NCBI GenBank assembly: GCA_029717555.1
Contig: JAMDHS010000047.1
Span: 124,001-174,346, forward strand
Direction of reading: 5' to 3'
DNA: 50,346 nt
DNA from: Peribolospora baueri
Taxonomy: Eukaryota
The stretch's first letter is position 1. Each line of letters begins with the position of its first letter. A program made the translations under genes and the position numbers. Positions 34,750-46,821 of the stretch are shown in pieces. The notes below the pieces were generated by a model, which was not told where the DNA came from, searched no databases, and saw only the letters and a program-made list of their open reading frames with translations.

Positions 34750-37700
34750 ATGGCGGCGTCTGGCTCCGGCTCCGGCTCGCCTTTGCGTCCGTCAGGTAAG
34801 GGCGCTTCTTCCAACGCAGGCGCCGTCGCCGCCCTCGGCTTCAAGCCGCTCAGGACGCGCAAGGCGTGTCAGCTTTGTAGACTTGTGAGCGTCGTCGCAC
34901 GAGGCTGTACCCGGGGTGTATTGTTCTTGTGCGTGGATCTCACTTTATTTCCTTCTATGTCTTGACGCCGTTCACGGCTTTCTGCAGAGGAAAGTCAAGG
35001 TGGGTGAATGATGCACAAGCTAGCTTCGTGCACACGGAAGTCACATGATGTCATCAAATTGATGGGCTTGCGTCGGTCTTCTTTCTCCTTTCCCACCTGC
35101 GACTCCAGTGTGACGGGGAGCAACCTTGTCGTGGCTGTCGCGTCCACAACTCGGTCTGCCAGTACGGGCCCGGTGGCTCACCAGGCGACATGCCCTTGGC
35201 GGGCGTCGGCGGCGGAAGTCCCTCCACCCCCACACCGAACCCTGGTATCATTTACGGGCAATTCCCTCGAACAAGTGGTGGATTTGGGCGATTTTTGCCC
35301 GGCGAGCTAGGCGTTGGACCGAACACGAGCTTGGATGGCGGGGCCGAAGGCAAAGGGAGAGAGGGGGATGAAAATGGGTGAGCAGTGCCTCCCTTGCGGG
35401 GACGTTATCTCTAGGACAAACGGATTTAAGCTGTTGGCGCTGAGCGGTAAGTTTTGGTTTACTATATCTCTCTACACAGACGACCTACGAAGAGGGCCCG
35501 GGGCTCGATGGACCCAAGCGGCCGATCTTCTGCTTCACAACATCTCGATCTCCTTTCCGCTGCTGCTGTCGATCATCACCGCGTCGAACACCAAGCTCTC
35601 GCGTCGAGCGCACCGGGGCCCGCGAACTACCAGAATGTTGCCTTCGCGTTTCCGGACCCTGCTTTCGCCCACATGCAGGGCCATGAAGAAGCATCGCCGG
35701 GCTTCGGGGCCTCAGAGCAGTCCTCTGCTCAACATCCTCACCTCGTCCCTGGTGCGACGACAATTACTGAAGACGAAATGCGGGCTTCGGCTCTACCACG
35801 TTCATTTCAGAGATTTAGTCGCCGCCCTCCAGCGAGCCTCACGGACGGCATCAGATCATGGAATGTAAAAACGAACAGCATGCAGTATTATGGTCAGTTT
35901 TCCAGGATGATGACTTGGATGGCGTTCCTCGAGAGGGTGCTTACTTAGCTTCCCTGCACCTGTCCTAACCGTGCAGGTTCGCTCTCCATTTTTAACCTTC
36001 AGCAACGTCTCATCCAGGTCATCCAGGCTTTGCGCCTCCGTGAGCGGTTTGCTAGCAATGGGGACCGGGCCGTCTCCTCAACTGCTCCATCCGGTGTTAA
36101 ATCAGCCGAACAGTCTGCGGCGAGCTCCGCCGAAGGTACTGGAGAGCAGCCACAAGGCCAGGAGAGCAGGACCAGCGCCATCGATCCTGCGCTCTCCGCC
36201 CAGCAGTCTTCGCGTCAGGCTTCCGAGACCGCCTACTCCGGAGGTGATGGCGCTGCCACACCCGGTATGATTGATCCGGCTACGGGGCGACCATCTCGTG
36301 TTCCAGAGGCTTTCAGCGAGTATGGCTATCAGCGTCTGCTCTTCCGGTGGGAGCCCGGAGAGGCCGGCGTGCCGAGCCGGAAGAGCGCCATTCTAGGCGA
36401 TTTGAGCGGCTTGGGCGCACCTTTGTTCCTCCCGCTCGAACTCGTCCATCGGCTCGAGGACAACTACTTCCGATTCGTTCATCCTCTCTTTCCTATCTTG
36501 GAGCGCGGCGACGTCAGGAAATGGATCGACAGCATGTGGACAATGGGCCTCGTGCCGCCCCGACCGGTTGCGGGCAATTCGGGCGAATTGTCCTCGGTTG
36601 TTGCAGGACCGCATAGGCTGAGGAATAACGAGGCAGCGCTCATGTTCATGGTGCTCTGCCTCGGTGCGTTCTTGGATGACGGCGAACCAATGTCCACCTG
36701 GAAAGCGTCACGAGGCTTGCCGGGCGCCAATGTGGCCGATTCCACTACTCAGCTCATCGATCAGACCTACATGAATAAGGAAACCATGGAGGCGTGCGCG
36801 GATCAGCTCTGTGCTATGGCGAAGACCAAGCTTGAGGACATCATCGAGGACAGCAGCGTTCGTAGTGTGCAATGCCTGCTGCTCATGGTGAGTTTTGTTC
36901 GAAGATTCAGCGCAGCGGGCGGAAAAATGACTTTTTCGTCATTTGTCTTCCGATCTGCCTCGCCAGTCATTCTACCTCATAGAATGGTCCAAACCAAACG
37001 GTGGGTTCCCAGAACAAAGCCTCGCTCGCCGATAACTTGAACAGACTGACCAACGCACCCATATTTCGATCCTTGTTCAGTCGCGTACCTCTACTTCGGT
37101 CAAGCGGCCCGTATGGCCATCTCTCTGGGCCTGCACCGAGAGTCGTCGTACGCATGCATGACTCCAGCGGACTCTGTGCGCCTGAGGTTGCTCTGGTGGT
37201 CCTGCTATCAGGCCGAAAAGTGAGTTGTCTCCTCGCCTAGGTTACGTTCGCTTCTGTACCGCTGGAAAGGACACTGACTCGCGTCGATGCAAATGCCCTA
37301 TTCAGGCGATTCTCTTACTGGTTTTCGAGAACGTCGGCCATCCGAGAAGAAGAAATCGATTGCGCCCTTCCAGAGCGACCAGAGGCAAGTGATCACGTTA
37401 ACAGCGGCTGGTCTTCTTCCGTCTGTCTAATTGTACTGACATAATTTTCCCTTTTGGCCCGATGTACAGCTCGCCGACAATTTCCTCAGAGGCTTGTCGC
37501 AAACAATTCGCCTGGCAAGCGACCTCTTGAAGATAGTCAACAACCCTCATCCGTCCCCTGGCATGCTTCTCGAAATGATGCACGGTCTCGACGCGCAGAT
37601 GGTCGATATTTGCCAGAGCCTGCCTGAAGTGCTTCGGTGGGGCTTGGAGTGCGAACTCGGAAAGGAGCAGGTGGTCAAGGGACAGGAGGACGAGACGATT

Positions 37701-39160
37701 GCGCTTTGGAGATTCGAGCTGAATACTGGTAGGTTGGCTACCGATCTGCCCGGTTTACTCATCCGTGTGGACTAAGGCCGCTTTCTTTTGCATCTTATTC
37801 CAGTCTGGTGGCACATACGTCTCCTCTTCTATCGACCATTCGTCCTTCTCGCCTTATATTGCTGTGCGTCCAAGCAAGTGTTCCCGCCAGAGGCCTCTCC
37901 CGCCATCGAAAAGGGCGGACACATCGCAAGACGTCTGATCTACGTCATTGATTCCCTGTAAGTGGAGATGGCTAGAATCGTCACTGTCGTAATAACTGGG
38001 ACATTCATTCGTCGACGTGCACGCTTGAATGATATTCTCGCTCTCAGTACCGCTCGACATCCGCCACTTCGCAACTTCAAGTTCACGACGTTCTACCTGC
38101 ACAGCGCCTGCTCGACGCTCTTGGCAGACATTCTTTGTGACCCCCGTGCGCAGCAAAAGGCCTTCGGTCATTTCGCGGCCATCGATCGAGCGGTGAAGTG
38201 GCTGGAGTTTTCCAGCAAGAAGTATTTCGATGTCGGTGAGTGCTAAGTTCCGATTTTGAACCGGCAGGGACGCGGAAGTTGACTCACGTGGGCTTTTTGT
38301 CGCTGCCGTCTTTACCGCTTTACCAGGAACAACATCCACTCTGAAAATGGCACGGGTGCGTTCTTTTGTCAAGAAGGCTAAGTACCTTCTCATATATCCT
38401 GGTCCTGACAAAGTTGCCATTTTTCTTGCTCGCAGGACGTCATGGCCTTGGCAAAAAACGTGGTCCAGGCGGCTTCGGATCAGCGGCGAGCACGCGGTCC
38501 CAAAGCCACCGTCGAGAAACCCCGTCAGAACGGTGAAAGAGCTGGGAATAACATACTGGCGCCTCTCAGTGCGGCGAAGAACGCCGCGAGTGGGGTCAAC
38601 CCGACGAGGCTATCGAACGTGACCGCTTCTCCCGTGTCCGAGAACAATTCTTCCCCGGGAAATTTTGAGGCGGAACTGGCGGCTTCTTTTGACTGGCTCG
38701 CGCAGAACGCCGGGTCGGAGGGTCAGAGCTCCTCGCCACATGCTCTCGACTCGCTGGTCTACGACCCTTCCTTGTTCTCTCTTAACATGTCCGGTGTGCG
38801 ACTCGGACCTCAGGCCTCGACAACTCCTGGTGCAGCTCAACAAGCACAGATAGGTGTCACCGGCGCGCAGGTAACCCGAGAGACGGGACAATCCGGCGTG
38901 CGAGTTGTGCAAGAGATGCCCTTCGCCGGGGCGGTCACCGCGCCAACTGGCCTGGCAGCCGTCCCAGGAGTGGACGTGGACGTTACGAACGGAAGACAAC
39001 CTGGCGTTGATATGGCGTGGATGATGGGTGGGTGACTTTTGCTTGCTTTCCTCTTTGAAAATTCCCAACACGCTGACGTCACACGTTGCGCCGGTTTACA
39101 TGCGTCCTCCTCACCGCAGATGGCGTTTCTGTTCTGGACTGGCCTTGGGGTGCTGCTTAG
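34750..39160 (+). CDS. Zn(II)2Cys6 transcription factor with fungal-specific TF middle homology region
   Basis: Spliced zinc cluster KACQLCRL-RKVK-CDGEQPCRGCRVHNSVCQY; YYG-SLS; YFRFVHPLFPIL; SVQCLLL; AARMAISLGLHRE; RLRLLWWSCY..E; IDCALP; LLFYRPF; acidic/aromatic C-terminus MMDGVSVLDWPWGAA*. Confidence 0.93.
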
Positions 39161-39380
39161 TCGAAGAGACTTTGTTGCGCTCTCTTATCGTGTTAATGCT
39201 GATTGCCTCTGCTCCATGGTTCGTCGGTCTGTACTGCGGAACAATTTCGTTCTATCCGTCATGATCTGCCCTGCCCGTCTCCGTTGAGACGAGCCCTTCC
39301 GACTCTCTCGCGCAGAGCAACGTACTTTGCTTTCTTGCCACTCTCCCCGAGCAGCAGACCTTTCCGCTCTTGAACCGCCA

Positions 39381-41689
39381 TCAAGGGCCAGCTCGGAAGT
39401 GCTCTCCGAAGAAATCGCGAAGGTCGCCGACCAGGGCGACCGGGTTATCCTTCGAGCAAACGCAAGCGAGGAGGACGATGTGAAGAAGCAACGTGTGAGG
39501 ACGGACAAATAAAATAAAAAATAAAATAAAATAAAAGAGGCCGTGCGAAAGACCGCATTTACGATGGGCGCGGCGCTCACCAAGGCGGCAAAGTGTCCAC
39601 CGTGCTCGTGCCGGCGATGCCAGACAAGGTCTTTTGCCCAGGCTTTCAACCACTTGAGCGGCGGGCTAGCGAGCTCGTACTGTGGCGGTACGGAGCGCCC
39701 GAGGGGGTCAGTCTCTCATCATGGTGACTTTTTGATCACCGGCCGAACCCGGGACCTGGTGTTCAGGACCCTCGAGGACGGCACTCACCCTGAAATACGA
39801 AAATCCCATCGGCGTCCCTCTGGCGGCAAAACGCGGGTCCGTTCCTACGCGCTGCAACAGTCCGTCGGATTCCTTGTACGGAAGCACGGCTATGTCCGGC
39901 GCATGATGCGTGTTCAGAACGATTTCATCCAACCCACGCATGGCGCCGAGGAGGGCGAACGAGGACGCCGCACGTAGATGACTCACATGTGTGAATGGTT
40001 CCAGTGAGCCAGTAGAGAGCTGCTGTGTTGATGATCTCCTCGTCCGTCACCAGGGATGGCGAGGACACGGCGGTCGGAGAGTCCTGGTTGAACGCAGGGG
40101 CGCGCGGATCGACCCATAGCTGGAACTTTTCCAAGAGGCTGTCGAGCAGGGTTGTCCAGAGACGGTCAGATGGTGGAAGCGATGGAGACGACGGCGACAA
40201 GCGCAGGAGACCCACTATGCCAAGATCGAAACGGGCGAGTCGTACAGCGCCAAGCCTATCGTCGAGGGCTTTAAAGGGTGAGGGTGGGTGAGAAGACGAG
40301 CTCGTCACGGTGAGATCATTAGCGCGGCTCACCTTTGTGGACTGAATTTCGCTGTGAAGCGGAAGAGGAAAGGAGGAAACCGTCAATCCCGGCCGTCTTC
40401 AATGCGATATGGGGGGACCTCCTGATCTCACTAATAACCAGATCCGCTTTTGACGTATTCCAAGGCTCGAAGGAGGCCGAACCGCTCAAACTCGTCGAAC
40501 GACCATCCAATCGCCTTTTCGGTCAGCCATGCAGGAAAGAGGGCGACGGCGAGGTTGAAAGGGAAGGGCGGTTGAGGGACCCAAAGCTTTGCGGCAGAAA
40601 AGGCGAGGCGAAGAAGGAGGGATGTGAGCACGACGGCGAGCGTCGGCCAGAAGCGAAAGAATGGGCGCCCGATCCGAGTCGCTCTCACGGTGAGATGGTA
40701 CGCCCTGCACTCGGGATACGTCGCCAAGGATTTTGTCACGGCGGTGCCCCAGTCTCCGCCATGGGCTGCGTAGCTCGGATAGCCGAGGATGTCGGTCATG
40801 AGCGTGTGTAATACGGCGGCAGTGTCTATGAGATCCCAGCCTTTGCGTGGCGGACGGGAGGAGAAACCGTAGCCGAGGAGGGAAGGCACGACGACGTGAA
40901 AGCTGAGGGACGAGAGAACGACGGAGACGACGGAGATGGGTCAGCCGGGGGTCTTTACAAAAATGAAACACCAACGAAATGGACACGCACGCTTGTTGGC
41001 CTTCCGGCGGATTGGTGAGCGGTTCGATGATGTGCAGGAACTCTGCAAAGCTACCCGGCCAGCCTGAATCGAAGAGTTGAAAGGGGTGGGGGGGGCGTCG
41101 GTGCCAATCACGTAATTGATAGCAACCGACGGCGAGAGAAGGAGGATGGGAAAGCGCGTCGGGGAGGAGGACTACTCACCGTGGCACAGGATGAGAGGCA
41201 CGGCGTCAGACCTGTGAGAACGCTGGTGGATGAAGTGAACGTCGACGGTCTCGTCCGACGGCAGGCCGGCCGGCGAGGAGCTCGCGCTCTTGGAGAGAGG
41301 GTGAGGCGGCGGGGTTGGAAGGGTGACGATGAAGTGTTTGAACCTTGGGAGGCCGAACGAAACGGGCAAAAGAAAAAAAAAAAAAAAGAAAAAAAAAAAA
41401 GGGGGCGGTCAGCAGGACAAAAAAAAGCACAAGCCCAACCGCGCCCTTCAACCTCTCTCACTACAGACCTATTCATCCGCCCCTCCACAATCCTCCAATC
41501 CCACCCGCCCGCACGCCACTCTTCAACAAGCTTCTTCAACTTTACAGTATCCGTTCCATAATCCCAGCTAGCGCCCGGTAAGAGGGGTTCGGCGGGCAAG
41601 TCGGCATGTTCGAGTTTGCGGTGTAAGAGGTCTAGTCGGGATTGCGGGATGGAGATGGAGAAGGGTTTGGGTGTTTTGTCGACTGTCAT
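39381..41689 (-). CDS. Epoxide hydrolase (EHN / microsomal-type alpha/beta hydrolase)
   Basis: N-terminal PFSISIPQ..L..KL..WDYG..WDWR; VHFIHQRS..AVPLILCH-GWPGSFAEF; VPSLLGYGFS; HGGDWG (nucleophile Asp); LEKFQLW; YF-RYEL (acid); HGGHFAAL (His). Confidence 0.95.
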
Positions 41690-42223
41690 TATGGCTGCGC
41701 GGCGATGTGGAGGAGGTGGGAGATAAACAAGGTAGAGCGAGGGACGTCCATCTCTTTATCTCGTACGTCTGTCTATCTATCACATGACACTTTTCCCCGG
41801 ATTGCCATGTGGAATAAGAGTACGCACTTTTCTTGGGTTCGGGCCTATCTGACCCCACACCACAGAACGACCGGACCGACTTGAAAAAAAAAGGTCCCGC
41901 CCGCACCGATTTTCCGCTCATTCTACATAATCCCAAGAGCGCCTTTCTCGACGCTATCCCGATTCGACAAGAAGACCAGAAGACACACGGAGTACTCGTA
42001 CACACACCCCCCAAACCTTCACTCCTCGCCCAATCCCAGCTCGGCTGACGGAGGCGGGTCGGACCGAAACGAAACGCAAACGGCACGCAATGTCCCGGAA
42101 GATGTAGTAGTGAAGAAAATCAAAGTGGGCAAGGAAGGAGGAAGGAGAGGGGGCGTCCGCCATATATGAATGTTCGGGGAAGGAAGGAGGGAAGGGTGGA
42201 CGGCAGCGAGGGGGCTGCTCGGA

Positions 42224-44965
42224 TCAGAACTTGCCGTCGTCGTCATCGTCGATCGGACTGAGCAGCTCCGCCTCCTCGTCGCCGGCCCCTTCGTTCGGAT
42301 GATGGCCGCCGATAATGCCTCTGGTACCTACAACTCCGCGCCTGGACGAAGAAAGGGAGCCTTCGCCACTGCCAGCACCACCGCCACCGCCACCGCCACC
42401 TTCCCGACTCAAGCTCCTCCTCCTGCCAAACGCGAAACGGGAAGACTGCGGATAGTTGTGATGGCCATGTGTCGCCGGCGGACGGTCCCGGTGCGGGTCG
42501 TCCTCGTCCCGTAGCCGCTGCTGCTGCAGGGAGGGTGTCGAGGCGGCGGCGTCGTCGTGGGCAAAGATGGACTGGACGCGCGGAACACCGGCCGTGCGTG
42601 CGCCGCTGGGGTGGAACGATCCGTCGTCGTCGCCAATAGCGTTGGCGTCGATGACCGAAACGGTGTAATCCTCTTTGCTGTAGGGATCCTTGAACTCAAA
42701 GCCGTTACCGCCACCGCGTGAGGCCGCCCATGAACGCTCCTCGTGCACGGGCGGCATGCCGTGCGAGGCGTTCATCTCATGTGTCGCCTCGCCCGCTTGT
42801 CCTGGAGCCGGATATCGGTGGAGCTCGTCGTTGGAAGCAAAGGAGATGGTGGTCGCGCTGCGCGCCGCCGGCGAGAAGGGTGGATGGCCGCTCAAGGGAG
42901 AGGTGGGCATGGTGTTGTTGTTGGACTTGCCCGAATACATCGAAGCGTTCCTGGGAAGCTCCGGCATGGTCATCGGCGTGTCGTACAGCTGATGCCGGGT
43001 CACGTTGTCCAGGCCGTGCGTGGTGAGAGGGCCCGATACCTGCCGTCGCCGGAAGTTGCTCGCTTGGCTTTGGCTATATCTGACTGACCGCCGAGCTCGG
43101 ACGATGGAACCGACCTGCGACAGATCGAGGGAACGAGAGGAGAGTCAAAATCAGCCTGCCGTCTTCGGCCTCGGACGCGGGCGGCGAAGGGAATGAGAAT
43201 GGAACGGGCCGCGGCGGCGAAGGAAACGAGAATGGAACGCACCACACCGCCACCGAAGCCGAGCGCGTCCGGACCAGGCTCCTCATGGAAAGTCTCGTGG
43301 CCCTTCTCGGTATGACCGACGGTGGATCGCGCGGCCTGGAGCAAGATGGTGGACTTGCGATCCACGCCTTTGCCGAGTTGCTCCGGGTCGACTTTGCTAA
43401 GCTGGAGGAGGATGATACCGGCGCAGATGACGAGAAAACCGCAGACGACGGTGATGATCTGTATGGCGCTCGTCTGGAGGCCTTGGTAGAGGATGACAGA
43501 GGTGACGAGAGTGGCGGTGGTGAACAGGACGTAGTACGTCGGTGTGACAGCGGCCGTGTTGAATAGCTCGAGGGCCTTGTTGAGGTAGTTGATCTCTGTG
43601 AGGAGAGTTACGACGACAAAGGCCAGGAGGAAGTAGATGAACCAGTGCTTGAACTGGTTGTCGCCCTGGATCGACGTGACGATGGCGGCGCCGAGGCCTT
43701 GTGTGCAAGCGACGCTCAGACTGGTAGGAAACAAAAGGAGACGAGCGGTCGAGTTGAGTGATAGGGCCGGGGAGATGAATGAACGGCTGGCTGGAAGCGA
43801 GATAGGAATAGCGCAGCTCACCCTCCGATCAAGGAGCAAATGGTGATGTACACCAGCTGATTCTTCTTTCCGTACCTCGGCCCAAAGTAGAGGATCAACA
43901 CCAAGCTAACGGCTATCACCACGCTTCCGTACACCAGGAAGCCCGGGCTTAGGAAAAGTTTCTGGAACCCGGTGATGGTCCGCACGCTCTGTTCGTTCGG
44001 GCCATTGAGCGCGATCACGGTCGCGCCGACGACGCAGAGGGCGCAGCCGACCTTGCCGAACAGCGTGAGCTTTTCCTTGAGGAAGATGGAGGAGAGCACT
44101 GCGCAGATGACGACGGAGAGCGCGCCGAGGGGGGTGACCAAGATGGCCTCGGTGAAGGCATAGGCTGTCGACGAGGAGGAGGAGGAGTCGGTGAGCCACG
44201 TTGGACGAGGGGCCGGAAGCGGAGGAGGAAAGAGACGAGGGCGCAAACCACTCCTTCATGCCGCAAACTGGCGCTCACCAACAAAGTTCAAGATTTCTCC
44301 GATGACCATCATGATCATGCCCGTCCACCACATCGGGCTTTTCAGATAAGCGTGTCCTTCGCCGGCCGCATTTCCCATCTTTGACGTGGAAGCAAGCAGA
44401 CCTCTAACGTCGTGTGGAGGAAAGAGGAAGGTTCAGCAAAGACTCGAGTCACGCGGACACGAACGCACCACTCACTTCTTTTTCTGCGCGCGAGAGGAAA
44501 CGGGATAGAAGATGTGAGCGGCGGTCAGCGCCAAAGGACGTGGCGGACGGAGCGCTTTGGAAAAAGGGGACTCACAAAGACGAAACTCGAACCGATGAAA
44601 AGACCTGATACGAGCGGGGAAGGCGGGGAGATGAATGGGTCAGCGCCGTTCGCCGTTCCCACCATCGGCCCAACCCGTCTCCTGGGAGGACAGAGCAAAG
44701 CAAGGTCCGACTTACCACTGCCGACGGCGAGCAACACGCCGACGAGCTTGAAATACGGCGGGTTGTTGGACGATCCCGCCGCGGCGGACGATGCAGAGGA
44801 GAGGGCGTTGGAGGCGGAGGCGAGGGCGGCGGAGGCGGAGGACATGGCGGAGGAGGCGGAGATGGAGGCGAGGGCGGAGGAAGGGAGGGAGGAGATGGCG
44901 GAGGAGGGGTCCGCCCGGAGGGCGAACGGGGTGATGGAGGGGATCACCGGGCTCATCGGGCTCAT
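42224..44965 (-). CDS. NIPA-family (DUF803) magnesium transporter
   Basis: VGVLLAVGS-GLFIGSSFVF-KKKGLL; GEGHAYLKSPMWWTGMIMM..GE..NF; AYAFTEAILVTPLGALSV; LVYITICSLIGG-LSV; EINYLNKALELFNTA.VTPTYYV; long disordered C-terminus. Confidence 0.95.
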
Positions 44966-46821
44966 TGGAGTGCGATTGGAGAGGCGAGGTGGAAGAGGCA
45001 GTAGTGAGATCGTCCAGCGATCCGCAGATGACGGCTTGGTATGAGCGCGTGTTAGAGCGAGGGAAGGAGAGAGGGAGACGGCGGCAGGGAGGGTATAGCG
45101 GCGGTCGAGTCTATGGATGCTGCGTGGCGTGTATAGGAGCGGCGACGAGGCTGGGCGAGCGAATACGGCGAAGGGGGTGGTAGAAGGACGCCCTTACGGA
45201 CACAGACGCAGGGACACAGGGACGGTGGATGCGAATGGCTGTGCGACGCGGTCAGGCGTTCCGTTGTACCTGGCTGGCCGGCGAGGGGCAGAGGAAAGGG
45301 AAAGGGGGATGGGGGGGGTGGAGGAGTGGGTGGAGGCGAAGGAGGCGGCCTGGTGATGGTGGTGGTGCTGGTGACGGTGATGGTGATGATGGATGGTGGA
45401 TGGTGTTGTGTTGGTGTTGACGGCGATGGCGACGGACAACGGACAATGGACGGGCCGAGGTCGAACTCGCCGACGACGACGACTGAGCCAAACGAAACGT
45501 CGGACTCGGACGCCGGCCCGCCTCGCCTTGCCTTGCCTTTGGTCGTCATCTCGACCCGCTTCCCGCCCCCGCCAGCGAGCCCGACTGCGGCCGCAGCTCG
45601 AGCTGGCCAAGGTCGGCGAGCGCGTGCCGATCTGCTGAGACGGTCGGTGGACTCGGTCAAAAGACAACACCAGACCAGACCGGCAGGGCTAAGCGGACCG
45701 ACCGACGTAGACAGGCGCGGATGGCAACAGAACAGAATGAAATGAAATCCCATCGACGGTGCTTACTTGCATCGCAAGGGAGGAAGGATGGACCGCAGCA
45801 ACGGAAGGGAAGCACAGCCGGCACGCACGCCCTCTCGATCGCCCTCTCATACACACTCACACAAATGAAATGACACAGGGAGACACGACACTGCCCGCTG
45901 AGCGAAGAAAGGTACCGAGGGCGGTGCTGAACGTGACGTGCGTGACGTGAGGGCGCATCGATAACGCGAATGAAATCAAAGTCGCCCTTGAGCTCGCTGC
46001 TCCTGCGCTGCGGCGTCCGTCGCCAACGAGAAGGCGGCGACAAGCAGGAAACAGCCGGCGGTAACCGATGCCATGGCGAAGCGGGCCGACGCGGCGACCA
46101 CGACGACGACGGACGTCAACACCGAGTGCAGTGTGGCGTATGTATGTATGTATGTACGGCCGGCCGTGTGTGTTTGTGATTGGACGGACGACGCGTCGGA
46201 GACGAGCAAGCAGATAAAAACACCTTCCCTCCGTCCACCCATGAAACGCACTCCATTTTTGGGATACTTCTGTCCTCCACAAGGCACAGAAAGAATAAAA
46301 TGTACATGACATACTCTTTGCAAGGGGATGCATCCATGCATGCAACGCGTGCGCGTACCCGCGGCATACCCGACCGACCGACGGCTGTCGTCTGCGTCTG
46401 CGTCTGTTCTATGCAGCCACCGGGACAGAACAAGGACGAAGATGACGATGAAGATGGCCAGGACGATGAAGACAAAGACAAAGACAAAGACGAAGATGAA
46501 GAGAAGACGAGACAAGGACGAGACGAGCTCCCGACCGGAAAAAGCTGGGACGGCATGGCATGGCATGCGACCGACTCAAGAATACTTGGAGGAAGCCGTC
46601 CGAGAGCGTGGCTGCCGGCGCACCTCGTCTCGGGTATTTATTTCCCCCCGCATCTCGAAATGAAGCAGCAAAACCTTGTCGTCAGGCCCCGGCTCAGTGT
46701 TGGGTGGGCAGGACGGGACCGGCCTTCGTCGTGCGCGCGTAACGTACATGCGTGCGTCGACGGACGGGACGGGCGTGTCGGACACGGACGACACGAACGA
46801 CACGACGAGGGAAAGAATAAA

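Noticed and set aside
40587..40688. Apparent hydrophobic TM-like insertion in the epoxide hydrolase ORF (RFWPTLAVVLTSLLLRLAF)
   Set aside because: It is better explained as an in-frame intron (GTGAGA...GCTCAC...AAG).
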